Shown piece by piece: positions 39,239-52,562 of a DNA stretch of 64,000 nucleotides. The notes under the pieces were generated by a model. It was not told the DNA's origin and ran no database searches. It was given only the letters and a program-made list of their open reading frames with translations. How positions within the stretch are numbered: the first letter of the stretch is position 1; the number at the start of each line of letters is the position of its first letter. Both the position numbers and the translations under genes were made by a program. The DNA lies in NCBI RefSeq assembly GCF_002113885.1, contig NW_018406081.1, positions 12,247 through 76,246 on the forward strand, in the 5' to 3' direction. Origin of the DNA: Mizuhopecten yessoensis. Its lineage: Eukaryota.

Positions 39239-41295
39239 GACGGACAAAAACCAAGCATGTTTCAGAGTACAAATCTCACAGGTTGGTATTGTATATAACG
39301 TTGCGTTAATATCAAGTCCCAGGTGCAACTGCTACAGTTCCTTATTAATTACTGTTACATAATTACGAAACAATAGTTTTGTCCTAGTTTAATTTGTCAT
39401 TCTGAAAACCAAACTGTAGCCATCATTATTCTGTATCCATCATTTCTTATCTTTTCTTAATTACACTCTATCTAGTACTCCCCTTTTAGCTATCTTTTTA
39501 AAAAGATGTTATTTATTTTACAACATTTTTTTTAATTGGCTGCACATATTGATTGTAATGAGATATTGTTGTGAAATAACATTTTAGCTCAGGTATTGTT
39601 TTGATCACCATTACGTAGTGTAGCAACACCACCACATATTATTCGTGCTTTGTTCAAATCTATTACAAAACACTTATTAAGTTTGCTTGTTAAATATGTA
39701 TTAATAATATTAATTAAAAATATTAAAATTAAAAAAAAAATTCATAACATGCAAAATAGATATTTATGTACATGTCTTTATGTGTTCAAGCGTTTAATCA
39801 TTAATGTACTCATGGCTATTATAACAATTGATTGATTTTTACTATTATATCAGTTTTATATAATAGTAGTACTATCGTCTTTGATATCTTATATGTGCAA
39901 AATATGCGCCTATAATTGTAGAGGGTATCAACGCTTTAATTGCGTTGCAATTGTTCAAGCAATACGAGTATGTGAAAGATTTTGTGCATTTGACCTAGAT
40001 ACATACGTAATATATACTTACTAGAATCCTTATTGAGTTTCTGACGGAAGTTTACTGACCGCTATATAAACGCTTGTTTGTATTATTGAATGATTTGGAG
40101 AGATATGATATTTACTGTTGGTGATGTTCCTGTATCTTTTGTCAATATTGATCTTCATTCCTTAGTTAATTAAACACAGACAAAATCAAGTATATCATGA
40201 GAAAGACACACAGACGGATAGTAGGTTGATTAAGACTTGTCACAGTTGTTGATTGTCCTGTAGTATATCGCATGGGAGATTAAACAGACGTCTGTTACAT
40301 ATATGTAGCTTAATCGTCGTTATAAACACGCTACAACCACGACATCATTATCACTTAAGCGCTTTGATTTGTAATTTGATCTGCCGAATTGATTATGTAT
40401 ATATATATATCTGCAGTCTACCTTAATGTGTAATCCATTCTCATTTAATGTCTTTGTGGCGCACATTGGGCGATGTTAACAAACATTTAATCGATTTGGC
40501 AACATGATCAATATAGTAACCGAATTCCTCTACTGTTGAGACAGATTTTAAAAAACCCACTACATCATCACTTTTTAAGATTCAATGCTGACGTATCAGG
40601 TCCTGTTTAAAAACATGCTTCCCAAAGAGTACACTCGTCTATGTGATTTCACTGCGTGTTTATTCTGGTATCTTCATGTCATTGTTTATCAACATTTAAT
40701 ACTTACATGCATAGCAAGAGTATAGCATGTGTCTTAGTTTAGCAAAACCTTACCGTTTGTCGAACTTAATATACATAGCATACGCCAATGAAGAAATTGT
40801 AAATACATTTTGTATATCTCTTCAATATACCTTTATACACTGGATATATGTATGTCTGTAATCGGATATTCCTAAACAACCAAATTATTAGTAGATTTGT
40901 ATAGGTAAGTTATAGGCTACATGATATTAAAATCAATCTTCATTCTGGAAATCAGGTTAAATACATATTAAAATCCGAAGTCCTGCTTTCCAAAGACACT
41001 CTATGTGATGACACAGGGATCAATGATGTGAGGAATATTGTGCAAACAAACTCATGAGGACACTAACTGTACTGACAACAAAGCCCGAACCCCTGCAGTA
41101 TTGTACAGGCAGGTACGGCAAATAAAACTACAATTGAAAGAAACATCACAAAATACAATTAATCCGAGATCGATTACATAAATTATCTAAAGCCTAGGTC
41201 AAGCTATTAAATTATTCCATTCTTATCGTTTCAATAACGATAGTGCACGAGTTCATTGTGTTGAAAGTAAATGCAATCACATTATTGCCACTTAC

Positions 41296-41404
41296 AGTTA
41301 CGGAGGAGGAATAGATCGGCTGTATTCCACTGCATGTTACATGTAGGTAAAAGGCGAAACACGTGCCCCCATCTCTGCAAAGTCTTGGGTTCTCTTCTTT
41401 GCAT
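41296..41404 (-). CDS. Candidate alternative first coding exon (MQRREPKTLQRWGHVFRLLPTCNMQWNTADLFLLRN, phase 1)
   Basis: ATG at 41404 is open to a GTAAGT donor at 41295-41290, in locally GC-richer sequence. No homology recognised. Confidence 0.25.
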
Positions 41405-44084
41405 TCTGCTAGGGGACAATGAAGGATCCAGAATTGATCTGCTGTACCCGTTGTTACAGTGTATCTATATCTTTTCTGCTCTAGGAGCTTTACACTTTCT
41501 TTACACACTTGTCTTGATACGATCTTCGATGTTGCAAGGACGCTCTTCTCAAACCAATTAGAATTAAAACTAAACAATATAATTGTGACATCTTATCACC
41601 TGCATATGTATTTGATTATATCACAATAACTGCAATTTTGACCTTTTCATTTCATAAATGAGGCGGGCAGTGTTTTACAATTGCTAATTGTTTGCTACAT
41701 TTTCAATATTGCATTAATTTTACTATTTAGGAATACTTTTGGTATACTGTTGCTAATGTTATCGACATTTTAAAAATATATACACATTTATCATATTTGA
41801 TTTTTTGTTTTCTTTTTTCATTTATGTATTTCTTTTCTATTTTTGTTTATATTTGTTTTCAAGAAATATATACTTACTATAACATACTTCTTTCTTATGA
41901 TGATGTTGATAAGATTTAACCTGACTGCTCTTCATAGATTTGTAAAACTACACTCGTTTGATGTCACATTATTATATACAGGTTCGTGTATAGAAATATA
42001 ATATAAGCTTTTGTGTAAAAGTTTTCAACTCAAAAAATAACTTTCAATACTTTGGTAGACTATTACATTTATTTTTGGATACAAATGATTGATGCGATGA
42101 CTACTTTCCGATATATACATTTGCAGTACCATATATATCAAATATATTGCTAAACCGGTAAAACACAACTTTTGAGGGTGACGGAATACCAGACGAGATC
42201 CATTCCATTTGAAGCGGTCGACATACTTTTTTATCCATTACATATATTACCTCTATTTTTCGTTAGTCTATTTCAATCACAACCATTCCTTAATATAAAA
42301 AACGCATTGTCTTGGTAAAACATATATCTCGGTTTGTCAGCAAGTTGCATGTTTCCCACATATTAACCATATCTAGCAGACACATGGTGTTAGTCGTGGA
42401 ACCTGTTTTTAAACCATACATTTGTACATATATATCAACAAACAGTAAAACAAACACATACTGACAGTCTCCGATAGTTCGGTACCAGGTCAGACACATG
42501 ACAATACACCATTCAGGCCAATCCTTTCTCCATTATCAGTATACTAACTCTTACTTATGGAGACCATACAGTCTCTTTTTTTTCCATTGATAACTAAAAC
42601 AAAACTCGAGGTCGGGGATCGAGATAAAGAATAAACCTGATTTTACCCACTGCATTGTATAGTAAGAGGCCACTAATGCGGGAATACCCTGCAGACTTTA
42701 GGATTAGCTTTTGTGACCACTTCTTCGGGACATACATGTAGAAGAGATCAAAATAAACCTGCTGCACCCAATGCATTATTTTGGATATTTATATTTCTTT
42801 CTAATTCCATTACCTTTTATCCTAGCGTCTTGCTTAACAACATCTCACTTTTGGCTTTAATGTTGAACGTTCGCCAAGATAAGTCTCGAAATGTTCCTAG
42901 ATTGATAGGTCATTGACTTTATTTCTTGTGCACTCTGTCTCTCAGTTGGTTTGATGTTGCAATTTTGTTGGTGCGAAATAGCAATTGAGTGTTTACGATG
43001 AAATGTAAGCCAATTTCGTTAAAATAGTGGTTAAAAGTTTGAAAATTAACACGTTCGACGTCAACCAAACAAGCAATACAGTTTTCACTGATAAACAATG
43101 TAACACTGACATAACAGACATTCAGTAATATTCCCCCGGTACTTATTTCAATTTAATATGCGGAGGAAGTCCACCTTATCTCATTGAAATTTTATACATT
43201 TATAACACGGTATCACGACATCAGACGAGGTGTCATTACTCTGAAATGGGACTTGACAAACAGAAAGAGACAAACTTATTGATTAACGGTCGCTGATCAT
43301 TATTGTTGATAATAATAAAAATCACAAACAAAATGGAAAACAAAAACATTACAAACAATTTTTTTTCCATGATGACCATTAAATTAGTTTATTAAATACC
43401 AGATGGAAAATGAAAATGCATAGAAGCATTTATTCTCTACTCTGTTTTAACGATGTTGTTAGCATTTACCCCCGCTATCTTTAAACATAATTTCTCTTTT
43501 GTTGTATGCCATGCAAACACAGCCGCGACAAACAGAATTACCAAGTTTTCTCTTTTCATGATTGCTTGGGAAGTCTTGCACTTGGTTGAGAACATGTCAG
43601 TCACTTTGAATATTATCTGCGAAAAGCGGATACGCGGAAAGATACAGCGGAAAGCTTTAGGGGAAATTCCATTTTTGTCTAAAAGAAATAAAACCGTAGC
43701 TTCAGATATTGAGGTAATTATGAACGCAATTTGGCTATGGAGCACATGCTCGCTTCTCCGTTATCATACAGATGACAAAGCCGTGTGAAAAAAGGACAAC
43801 TTGTATAAGTGCACGTCGGAAGCGATTACTCCGCGGCATCTATTCTGATTCCCGCGCTCTTGTAATTAGTTCTGCTCCATCTCATCACTTTAATGACAAA
43901 TTGACAGGCTGAAATTCTAGTTTGATAGAAACGTCGTTATATTAAAGATCGCGAATATAATTACCAATTACCATTCATAAACAATACATTATCAAAATGG
44001 AGATATGCACCAATATAGTGCAGTTTGCTTGCAATGATGTTTATATAGAAATACATAATTATATATTATTTTAACTTTATATAT

Positions 44085-44448
44085 AATACTTGCACTTTGA
44101 CATCCTTGATATCAAGAGGTTACGCTCCCTTTCGCTCTATTCATCCCTGTACTATGTCATAGATAATCGAAGGCTCATTGTGCAGCACCTTGTGGAAGGG
44201 ACGAGAAGACTAGTTTGTTCCTTTGATGTACAGGAAAAGAATTTCAAGGTCGCGCAACGGTAAAACTTACTGGCTACAATGTCGGGCGTTGCTCCACTGT
44301 AATCCTCAAAGGGTCAGGATTTTTTACCCGACACCAATCAAATAGCTAGCCGCCACGTGCTTTCAATTTTGCTTTGTCATATTCCAAGGGTCCAGAGAGC
44401 GAAAGTGAGCATAATCCCTGGCGTATCCATGTTGGCATTATAAGTATT
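44085..44448. mobile_element. Old inverted-repeat element (MITE-like)
   Basis: GAGGTTACGCTCCCTTTCGCTCT..TATGTCA (44116-44159) pairs imperfectly with TGTCATATT..AGAGCGAAAGTGAGCATAATCCC (44376-44418). The outer ends are AATACT and AGTATT. Confidence 0.55.
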
Positions 44449-45829
44449 CTTTCCTTTACGAAGTATTCTAAAATGAATGAAGTCATATAATTTTAAGTCT
44501 GTCATAGATATGTTTTTGACCCGTCAACTTTATATTAACATGTATAATTGTCAAATAGATTGTAATTGGATTTTACATATTTTCATAAAACTTATCAAGG
44601 AGTAGCTATTCTGTAAAAGATTCGTAATATGTTCTGTACTGTCAAGGTTAAATGATAAACTGTAAACTTACTTATTTTAGCGTACTCATTTTTTTGCGCA
44701 TTATCGAATTTAACCTACTGTACTGTAAGACTTACTCAGTCAGCCAACTCATTGATAAATTCAATGATATTTGATACAATCATCTTCGCACTACACCGTG
44801 GTACAAAATACATTAAAAACCAAGACAATTGACATTTAAACTCTAATAATACGGACCTCTTGTAAACTTGCCCTATCACAATCCGTTTCCCTGAAACGAC
44901 TATCTCGTTATTTAAGGACCTTAGCTGATAAAATAGACATTTGACAATCCAGGCCCATGATAATCCAGATGATTTGAACTCCTCGCATCCCAACATCTTT
45001 CTCTGAGAACTAATTTGATAACAAAACAAAGATCCCGGATGAAGTATTTTGGAATATTCTTTATTTCATAGATAGTTACTGGAACACAATTTTCAACGTA
45101 TTCAAGTATTGATGTCCATATATTTACATCTCTCCCTTCTTCAGCTTTGTAATCCTTCACTGCCTAAAAATTAGCGTATACATAATGAAAAAAGGCTCGC
45201 CGGATTGAAACCTGTTTTCAATATGGCTTCGTTTACGCTTCAGCGAGATCACTGTTCGATGATTGGCTCCTTCAACAACTAGAAACATTAAACATATTCG
45301 AGATCCATTATGTCTGATTATGCAACGAAGGGTTGCTGGTTAACTTCTTATACCATGGATACACATTCAAAATTCTTTCATGGTAAAGTAAACAGTGGCG
45401 GCTTCCTTTCGCGACGTTCGGCCGTTGTCAATGCGTTACATAACGACCGTTATAAGTGAATATGTTCGAAATGCTACTAATATTACTTGATTAAAAATTT
45501 AAAAGCAACGAAAAGAAGAACAATAATGTTGTACACTACGTAGCTTCTACATTTACCCATATATCGATGTAGATTCACTGGATCTATGGTATCCTAGAAA
45601 CCACGGTTACTGAAGTTACTATCCTAGCAACCCGCTTCGACTGTTTTTTTTTATTTGTACAGCATTTGAACATTACTTATAATGTAAATATAAGGATTGA
45701 CCTTCATTTTTACTGCGTATACGGTTGTATGAAAGTAGTTGACAACACACCATAGCGTTTTTTCGTTTTCAAATGCGTTCATGCTACCGTAAACTAGGTA
45801 TGTTTGCTGTTTACCTTTGTACAAAAAAC

Positions 45830-45995
45830 AACAAGAGAATACAAACCTTTTATCAAAACAATAATTCGAACTCAGAATCGATAAAACTAGGACAAAATAT
45901 GAACAGAGAAAAAATTAACATGAAGACCCTTAGAAAAGCACAAGGATAATAAGACCAGGTGTTTCGGAAGGGTAAGCTCTTCTGCGAGGACACCC
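45830..45995 (-). mobile_element. Dispersed repeat, CTTACCCTTCCGG family
   Basis: Minus strand GAGCTTACCCTTCCGAAACACCTGGTCTTATT..TGTTCATATTTTGTCCTAGTTTTAT. Confidence 0.65.
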
Positions 45996-46915
45996 CCAAG
46001 AACTCAGATAGTGACAACAAAACCGAAAGGCACATAAATGAGGATAATAAAAACATCGACCTCTATATCACACAAACTATTGCTTATGTCCTATGATATC
46101 ATGAAGGCGACTGTAAAACTGGTCTACATTATTCATGAACCTGCATTTTTCGAAACCTTATGGGGGTTTTCCGTCTGCAGTCGACACCTATCGCAAAAGT
46201 TAAGATAGTTGGCGCAAATATGTATAACGTTTCATGTTTCGATGTATTCTATTCCTGTACCCATGTACAATTGAAAACGTCGCAAATATTGATGTTTATT
46301 GGTGTTGCTCTGATATGCATATTTACAACACTGCAGGTATTGATGTATCCTTGTTTGTTGTTTACTCGTGAACATAACGCTAGACGGGCTGCGCATCTAT
46401 AGAGTTTGTCCACGACAATTTTTCGACGGATTTCTAAAATCAAAGATATTCTAAAGAACTCCCATTTATTCTGCCAAATTCAAACGTCAATATTCCAGGA
46501 AAACTAATAACATCGCCTGCCTTGATATACAGCATTCAGTGTCTATGGCATTTATTCTACCCATAACAACAATGTTGCAGAGCTTGGTGTAATCCACCAT
46601 GTATCTTATAACTCTCCGTGACTACAGGGACCTGAAAATTAAGATACAAAATGCACTTTGAAACATTTTCCGTTTGAGGCAGCGTCAATCGTTTTAGAGG
46701 TTTAGATAAACACACAACATAATGACCTCCCACGGATCGCGATTACATGTATTCTGAAAGGAGGCAAAGCTGTCGTAGAAAGTGAACTCTGGTTCCCAAA
46801 ACAATTATAAACAAATTGTGTCGCCGACCTTTTCCTATTATCTAACGAGGAATGTTACGTAAAAACGTTCATTGACGACAGTTCCCTCTAGAACTTGTGA
46901 ATATAATTCCAAATA

Positions 46916-47615
46916 AAACAAGAGACCCCAGAGGGATCTTGGCGCCTACCATTGTACCATCTTCATTAGTTCTATGTCAGTTTGATGTTTTTTCTTCTTT
47001 TCTCGTATAAGTTTTGATCGAGTTATGTTAACAGTAAATGCAACTTTTGATCTAAACTTAATTCTGCTGTGAGTAAAAGAAAGGAGTTTGTCATTTCATA
47101 TATTCATAAGTACAGTTCTTAATGTGATCACTCTCAAAAGAAACAATGGACAACTACAGACCAAGGGAAACCTATATGTCAAATGAGAGAAAGATCTCTC
47201 CAGTACTTATTGAGTAATAGCGATAACAAACCTTCACTGGCAGAATCCAAGATGGCTGCCTGTCGGCCATGTTGTTTATCTGATCAATCTCAAAAGTATA
47301 CCTGCACAACAAAGGACCTAGGCGAACCTACATATAAAACTTTAAAAAAAAGCCCTCAAGTACTTTCTGAGAAATAGCGATAACAAACCTTCACTGTCAA
47401 AATCCAACATAGCTGCCTGTTGGCTATTTTGTTTATCTGGTCAGAATTGAACATGCACAACAACAGACAAAGGGGGACCTACATATAACATGTGAGAAAT
47501 ATCCATTTGGTACTTCCTGAGGAATAGCGATAACAAGAATTGTTTAAGGACGGACCACGGACGCAGGTTGATTTGAATAGCCCACACCCACCATCAGATG
47601 ATGGTGGGCTAAAAA
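46916..47615 (-). mobile_element. Helentron-associated non-autonomous element (HINE/DINE-1/pearl-like)
   Basis: On the minus strand: a T-run, subTIR GCCCACCAT with its local inverted copy, a GTCC-type microsatellite (cgtccgtggtccgtcc), ~155-bp internal tandem repeats (AATAGCGATAACAA at 47216, 47372, 47524), a distal subTIR ATGGTAGGC, and a terminal hairpin CAAGATCCCTCTGGGGTCTCTTG followed by TTT. Confidence 0.85.
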
Positions 47616-48024
47616 GGGAAGACAGTGCAAATGAATAAGCTTTATAGTCAATGTTAATTTACACATTGATATTTGCCGATCATTATTATTTCGTAAAGAA
47701 TTATTTTTTTACCAACTATAGCTGGTTGTAGTGCAGTTAAATAGTAAAAAGCAACATATTTTATATTATATAAAGAAGTTGTCTATTTTCCCTTTTCAAT
47801 TCCGACAGCAAATCTAAAGCTAGTTCAAAATAGAATGACTCTTTTGTTGTAACAGAAGGAAGTCCCGTAATAACTCTCGCTTCTTCTCTTGTGTCATTTC
47901 TAGTCTCAAACATTTTACCTGGGACTAATTTTCTAATACGAGTGACTTGTTTAAAATTAAATTTGCCTTACTTTAATGTAGCTCTTGCTAGGTTCAGTTA
48001 AATGTTATTAACTTCACCGTAACT

Positions 48025-48144
48025 TGGTTTGGTTTGGTTTAATTTTGTTTAACGTCCTATTAACAGCTAAGGTCATTTCAGACGTGCCTCCATGTGTGTA
48101 CTGTATGCGTGGTTTTGTGTGTGTATTCAGGAGACAGGGTATAG
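48025..48144 (-). mobile_element. 5'-truncated SINE with 10-bp TSD
   Basis: Tail GGCACGTCTGAAATGACCTTAGCTGTTAATAGGACGTTAAACAAAATTAAACCAAACCAAACC. TSD CACCGTAACT at 48015-48024 and 48145-48154. Confidence 0.85.
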
Positions 48145-48194
48145 CACCGTAACTGTTGCTGACTAACGCGTATATGTTGCAACATGTTGCATGT

Positions 48195-49442
48195 TGTTAA
48201 TTTTAACTGTTGCTTGCTTTAACGTGAATGTGGTAAACTTTAACTGTTGCTAGCTTTAACGTGACTGTGGTTAACTTTAATTGTTGCTAGCTTTAACGTG
48301 ACTGTGATTAACTTTTACTGTTGCTGGCGTCAACGTGACTGTGGTTAACTTTAACTATTGCTTTAACGTGACTGTGGTTAACTTTAACTGTTGCTAGCTT
48401 TAACGTGACTGTGGTTAACTATAACTGTTGCTAGCGTTAACGTGACTGTGATTAACTTTAGCTGTTGCTAGCGTTAACATGACTTTTGCTTTAACGTGAC
48501 TGTGGTTATCGTTAACTGTTGTTTTATCGTGACTGTGGTGAACTTGAACTGTTGCTTTGACGTGACTGTGGTAAACTTTAACTGTTGCTAGCGTTAACGT
48601 GACTGGTTAATTTTAACTGTTGTGAGCGTTAACGTGACTGTGGTAAACTTAAACTGTTGCTATTGTTAACATGAATGTGGTTAACTTTAACTGTTGCTAG
48701 CTTTAACATGACTGTGGTTAACTTTAACTGTTGCTATTGTTAACGTGACTGTGGTTAACTTTAACTGTTGCTTTTACGTGACTGTGGTTAACTTTAATTG
48801 TTGCTTTAGCATGACTGTGGTTAACTTTAACTGTTGCTAGCTTTAACATGACTGTGGTTAACTTTAACTGTTGCTAGCTTTAACATGAATGTGGTTAACT
48901 TTAACTATTGCTTTAACGTGACTGTGGTTAACTATAACTGTTGCTAGCGTTATTGTGACTGTGATTAACTTTAACTGTTGCTAGCTTTAACATGACTTTT
49001 GCTTTAACGTGAATGTGGTTATCGTTAACTGTTGTTTTATCGTGACTGTGGTAAACTTTAACTGTTGCTAGCGTTAACGTGACTGGTTAATTTTAACTGT
49101 TGTTCGCGTTAACGTGACTGTGGTTAACTTTAACTGTTGCTTTTACGTGACTGTGGTTAACTTTAACTGTTGCTAGCTTTAACATGACTGTGGTTAACTA
49201 TAACTGTTGCTAGCGTTAACGTGACTGTGATTAACTTTAACGGTTGCTAGCGTTAACATGACTTTTGCTTTAATGTGACTGTCGTTATCGTTAACTGTTG
49301 TTTTATCGTGACTGTGGTTAACTTTAACTGTTGCTTTAACGTGACTGGTAAACTTTAACTGTGGCTTGCGTTAACGTGACTGGTTAATTTTAACTTTTGT
49401 TAGCGTAAACGTAACTGTGGTTAACCTTTACGTAACTGTGGC
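48195..49442. repeat. 33-37-bp minisatellite
   Basis: Unit TTAACGTGACTGTGGTTAACTTTAACTGTTGCTAGCT, itself made of two related TAAC.T.ACTGT.G halves. Confidence 0.95.
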
Positions 49443-49689
49443 TATCTTTCAGATTAATGAGTCCATTTTCACACATCTATGGCTAGCTTATATGTTACTG
49501 TTGATACATTTGACATACATTTTGCTTACTGAAATGTAGCAATCTTTAACGTAAATATTTCAGAAATATTAGGCTATCGTTCATACCATTTTCCCAACCT
49601 TTAACGAAAATTTTACTAACCGTCAAATGACTATGGCAAACAATTATTAAAGATACACGCATAACAAACACATGTAATAAGATTGATTG

Positions 49690-50318
49690 GATTTATTGGT
49701 CACAACTTTCTAAACGGCCGTCGACCCAATACGCCTATGTGGGTGTTATTTGACAGACCACAATCAACAAACAAACAGTTCAATAATCACTAATCAGCGG
49801 TTTCTTGGTATCAGCTCCCCGCTGATTATTGTGCGAATCAATAGATAAACGGTTTGAGGGTGACCAACCCACCGTTAATCAATAATTAACAGTTTCTGGG
49901 TATCAGCTCCCTGTTAATTATCAAGCAAATTCAAAATCAGATATCAAATATCAAGCTGCTCATGTATTCCATACAACACAGTTCAATGTTCATATAGAAA
50001 TCACAATAAATGAAATATCCATAATACTGTCAAATAGACACCTAGCACTAAATAATAACCTACAAGATTCTGGAAAACAGCTCTCCCGTAAATCATGATG
50101 AAAGTTCAATATTGAGGTATAAAATAATACTTGCCAGCTACATCAAATAGCTTGAAAACTGCTTAAATTACTTATCTGCGAAAACACAGCGTTGTCTTGT
50201 TCACCGCCAATCAGCCGACAATTGCAGACAAGGTTGTGACCAACAGATCCCAACGACATGTTAAATATTTGCGTATACTACAATGTAATTACATAAGAAC
50301 CCATACGTTAAGGTAAGC
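49690..50318 (-). mobile_element. Probable 3' non-coding/terminal part of the same YR retroelement
   Basis: Follows the SGNH stop, with repeated TTTCT(T)GG(G)TATCAGCTCCC at 49801 and 49893. It ends in AGTTGTGACCAATAAA (polyA signal) on the minus strand. Confidence 0.45.
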
Positions 50319-50916
50319 TTACCGTAACTCTGGGAAAACCCTAGTATTAGAAGTCAAAAATGCCTCAATGGCACCCTGTAGCACATTCACAAAGACGTCA
50401 TTACCAAGGTTTGACAAAGGCACCTGATCAGGTTCAAAAAACTTTTCATCTAATGTTACATATAGGTACTGTATGAATGCACCCCCGAACTCAACATAAA
50501 ACCAGATAACGCTGCATTCAATCTACGCCTCGCCTTCTCGGTCTCCTCTGGATTGTTGGAACCTCTCCAATTAAGTCGAGGCAGCACATGTGACCAAACA
50601 ATTAGAGACATAGGGAAGGTATTTTGCAACCACACAACAGACTCTTTCAGGGCCACTCTGAATTGACCCAACCCCTTCATAACCAAATCATTTTCGCCAC
50701 AGTGGAGGATTAACATTCGAGGTGGGTCATCAAATTTTACCAAATGGCGTATTGTTGGCTGCAGGTGAACTTTCTTCATACTACCTTTTCCTTGCCACCA
50801 CAGGGAAGCCCCAATGCGTCCGGGGTATAACTGAATGCCCCCAGGCCTAATCCTGGCATGTACAGACGCCCTCTTTATAATGGAAGACCCCACTATCCAG
50901 ATCCTCTGTGGGGTAC
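50319..50916 (-). pseudogene. SGNH/GDSL-hydrolase-like ORF of a tyrosine-recombinase (Ngaro/DIRS-group) retroelement, frameshifted
   Basis: Block I IWIVGSS, block II WQGKGSM, block III LILHCGENDL, then IVWSHVLPR. After a frameshift near 50460 it continues as LDEKFFEPDQVPLSNLGNDVF (DxxH histidine replaced by P) to a stop at 50321-50319. SGNH ORFs are known passengers of Ngaro-type elements. Confidence 0.8.
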
Positions 50917-51861
50917 CTAGAACAGACTTGTACAAGTCATAAGAAGGTCACGCATACATATTCACTGTAAGTGCTGTATGAACCTCCACACAGTATCTGT
51001 TTTTTCTTTATATGAGTCTCCATTAAATCACAATCTGTATTTGCATGTGTTTGCACCATAAGTATTGAGCTTGCTCTAGATGTCTGTGGTAATAATAGAG
51101 ATAAATCTATTTTTAGCACTCATATCAAGATAAGAATATGACTTACATGTACAATTAAATTATGGATTGCACATATGCCAGACAGACATGTATGAAGCCT
51201 TGTATTTTGCACGCAATACATCCATACATCTTATGTGAGTTAGGGTCATTTATAATGTAATATAGAGTGCCCAAACTGTCCTAATGAAGCCTAAACATGT
51301 GACGTTTTTCTCTTGGATTTTTTTTTTACTGAAATACCGGTTGGTTTCGACTCAAGGCAAATTTCTTTATTCATTCATTCATATGCTATTATTTTAAAAC
51401 ATTAAACACTTATTTCTCCTATCAATCTTTGATTCATTTATTACTTAGTTTTATAGGTATCTTCAGATTAAGGTAGTACAATGTCATGTACATATTGAGG
51501 ATTTTTTCCAGATTGAACATAATTTGACATTCATTTTCTCGGAATTCTTTTACTTATAATCTGACAGAAAGATAAATTTCCCTGTCTGTTATAAACAGTA
51601 TTTGTGCCACATGATATGAAATTTAACAGAAGCTTAATACAACTAAGTAAGCCTCGGCAGATTTTATTTTGGACCCAAGTAAAAGGTAAAAGGATAATAA
51701 ATTGATTTTGTAAAAAATAAAACTATGTATTTGAAATGAATATATACTTGAGGATCGCTGTGCCACAATACTCTGGTTCGTCGAATACACAGTAACCTCC
51801 CCTTAATTTCGCTTTGGTAGACCTGTAGCACATTTGCGCCAGACCACTTCTGTTGACCAGG

Positions 51862-51930
51862 AACCTCAGTTGGTTAGAGCGACATTAAAACAATCAGAGC
51901 ATCAGGGTTTGAATCTTGGTCTAAGTCCAC
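51862..51930 (+). mobile_element. tRNA-like SINE head fragment
   Basis: CTCAGTTGGTTAGAGCG (A box) .. GGGTTTGAATC (B box). No complete cloverleaf. Confidence 0.5.
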
Positions 51931-52562
51931 TCAGAACACCTTTGATTATGTTTTGTTTATTTCATATTTATTATTTTTTCACTACAATACCCACAAGGTA
52001 AGGTTTTCTTTCCTGTAATGATTTATCAGAGCTGTAGTTACATTTTATGCCGGAGAAAAGTGTGCAATACATAGTGGCATGGGGATACTTAATGATAAGA
52101 CCTTATAACGACTGAGAAGTACGATGCGCTTCATTTGGAAGAATTGAATCTCTGCTGGAAATTGAAGACTATACGACACGTTTATAAATTGAAGGTTACA
52201 TCAAATCAAAAGCAAACCAATGCAAGGGATACGAAAAAAAAAGTTTTCACACTTTCAGTTTTTTGCAGTGGTACGAGGACACTGAAGTAAATATCATCTT
52301 GTGTAGCCAAAAGCTTTACATTTGGTCCGTTATATATGGGGTTAGGTTTAAAATGTATTGATTCAAGTTATGAAATACAAGACATGAATAATACAAATCA
52401 CATAGGAAAACATGATGAGGAAACAGGTACTGTTGACTTATATTAATCATTCTCATCTTTCTAACAACCAAGCGGCCTTATATATTACTAACAATTAATA
52501 ATACTGCAGGTGTACATGTAAACAAATGAAGAAAGAAAAATATGTGGTAAGGATTTTAAGAA

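Noticed and set aside
41330-41420. EGF-like motif CKEENPRLCRDGGTC in ORF 41212-41577
   Set aside because: The C-x-C and final cysteines of an EGF domain are missing and there are no fitting splice sites in that frame. Likely chance.
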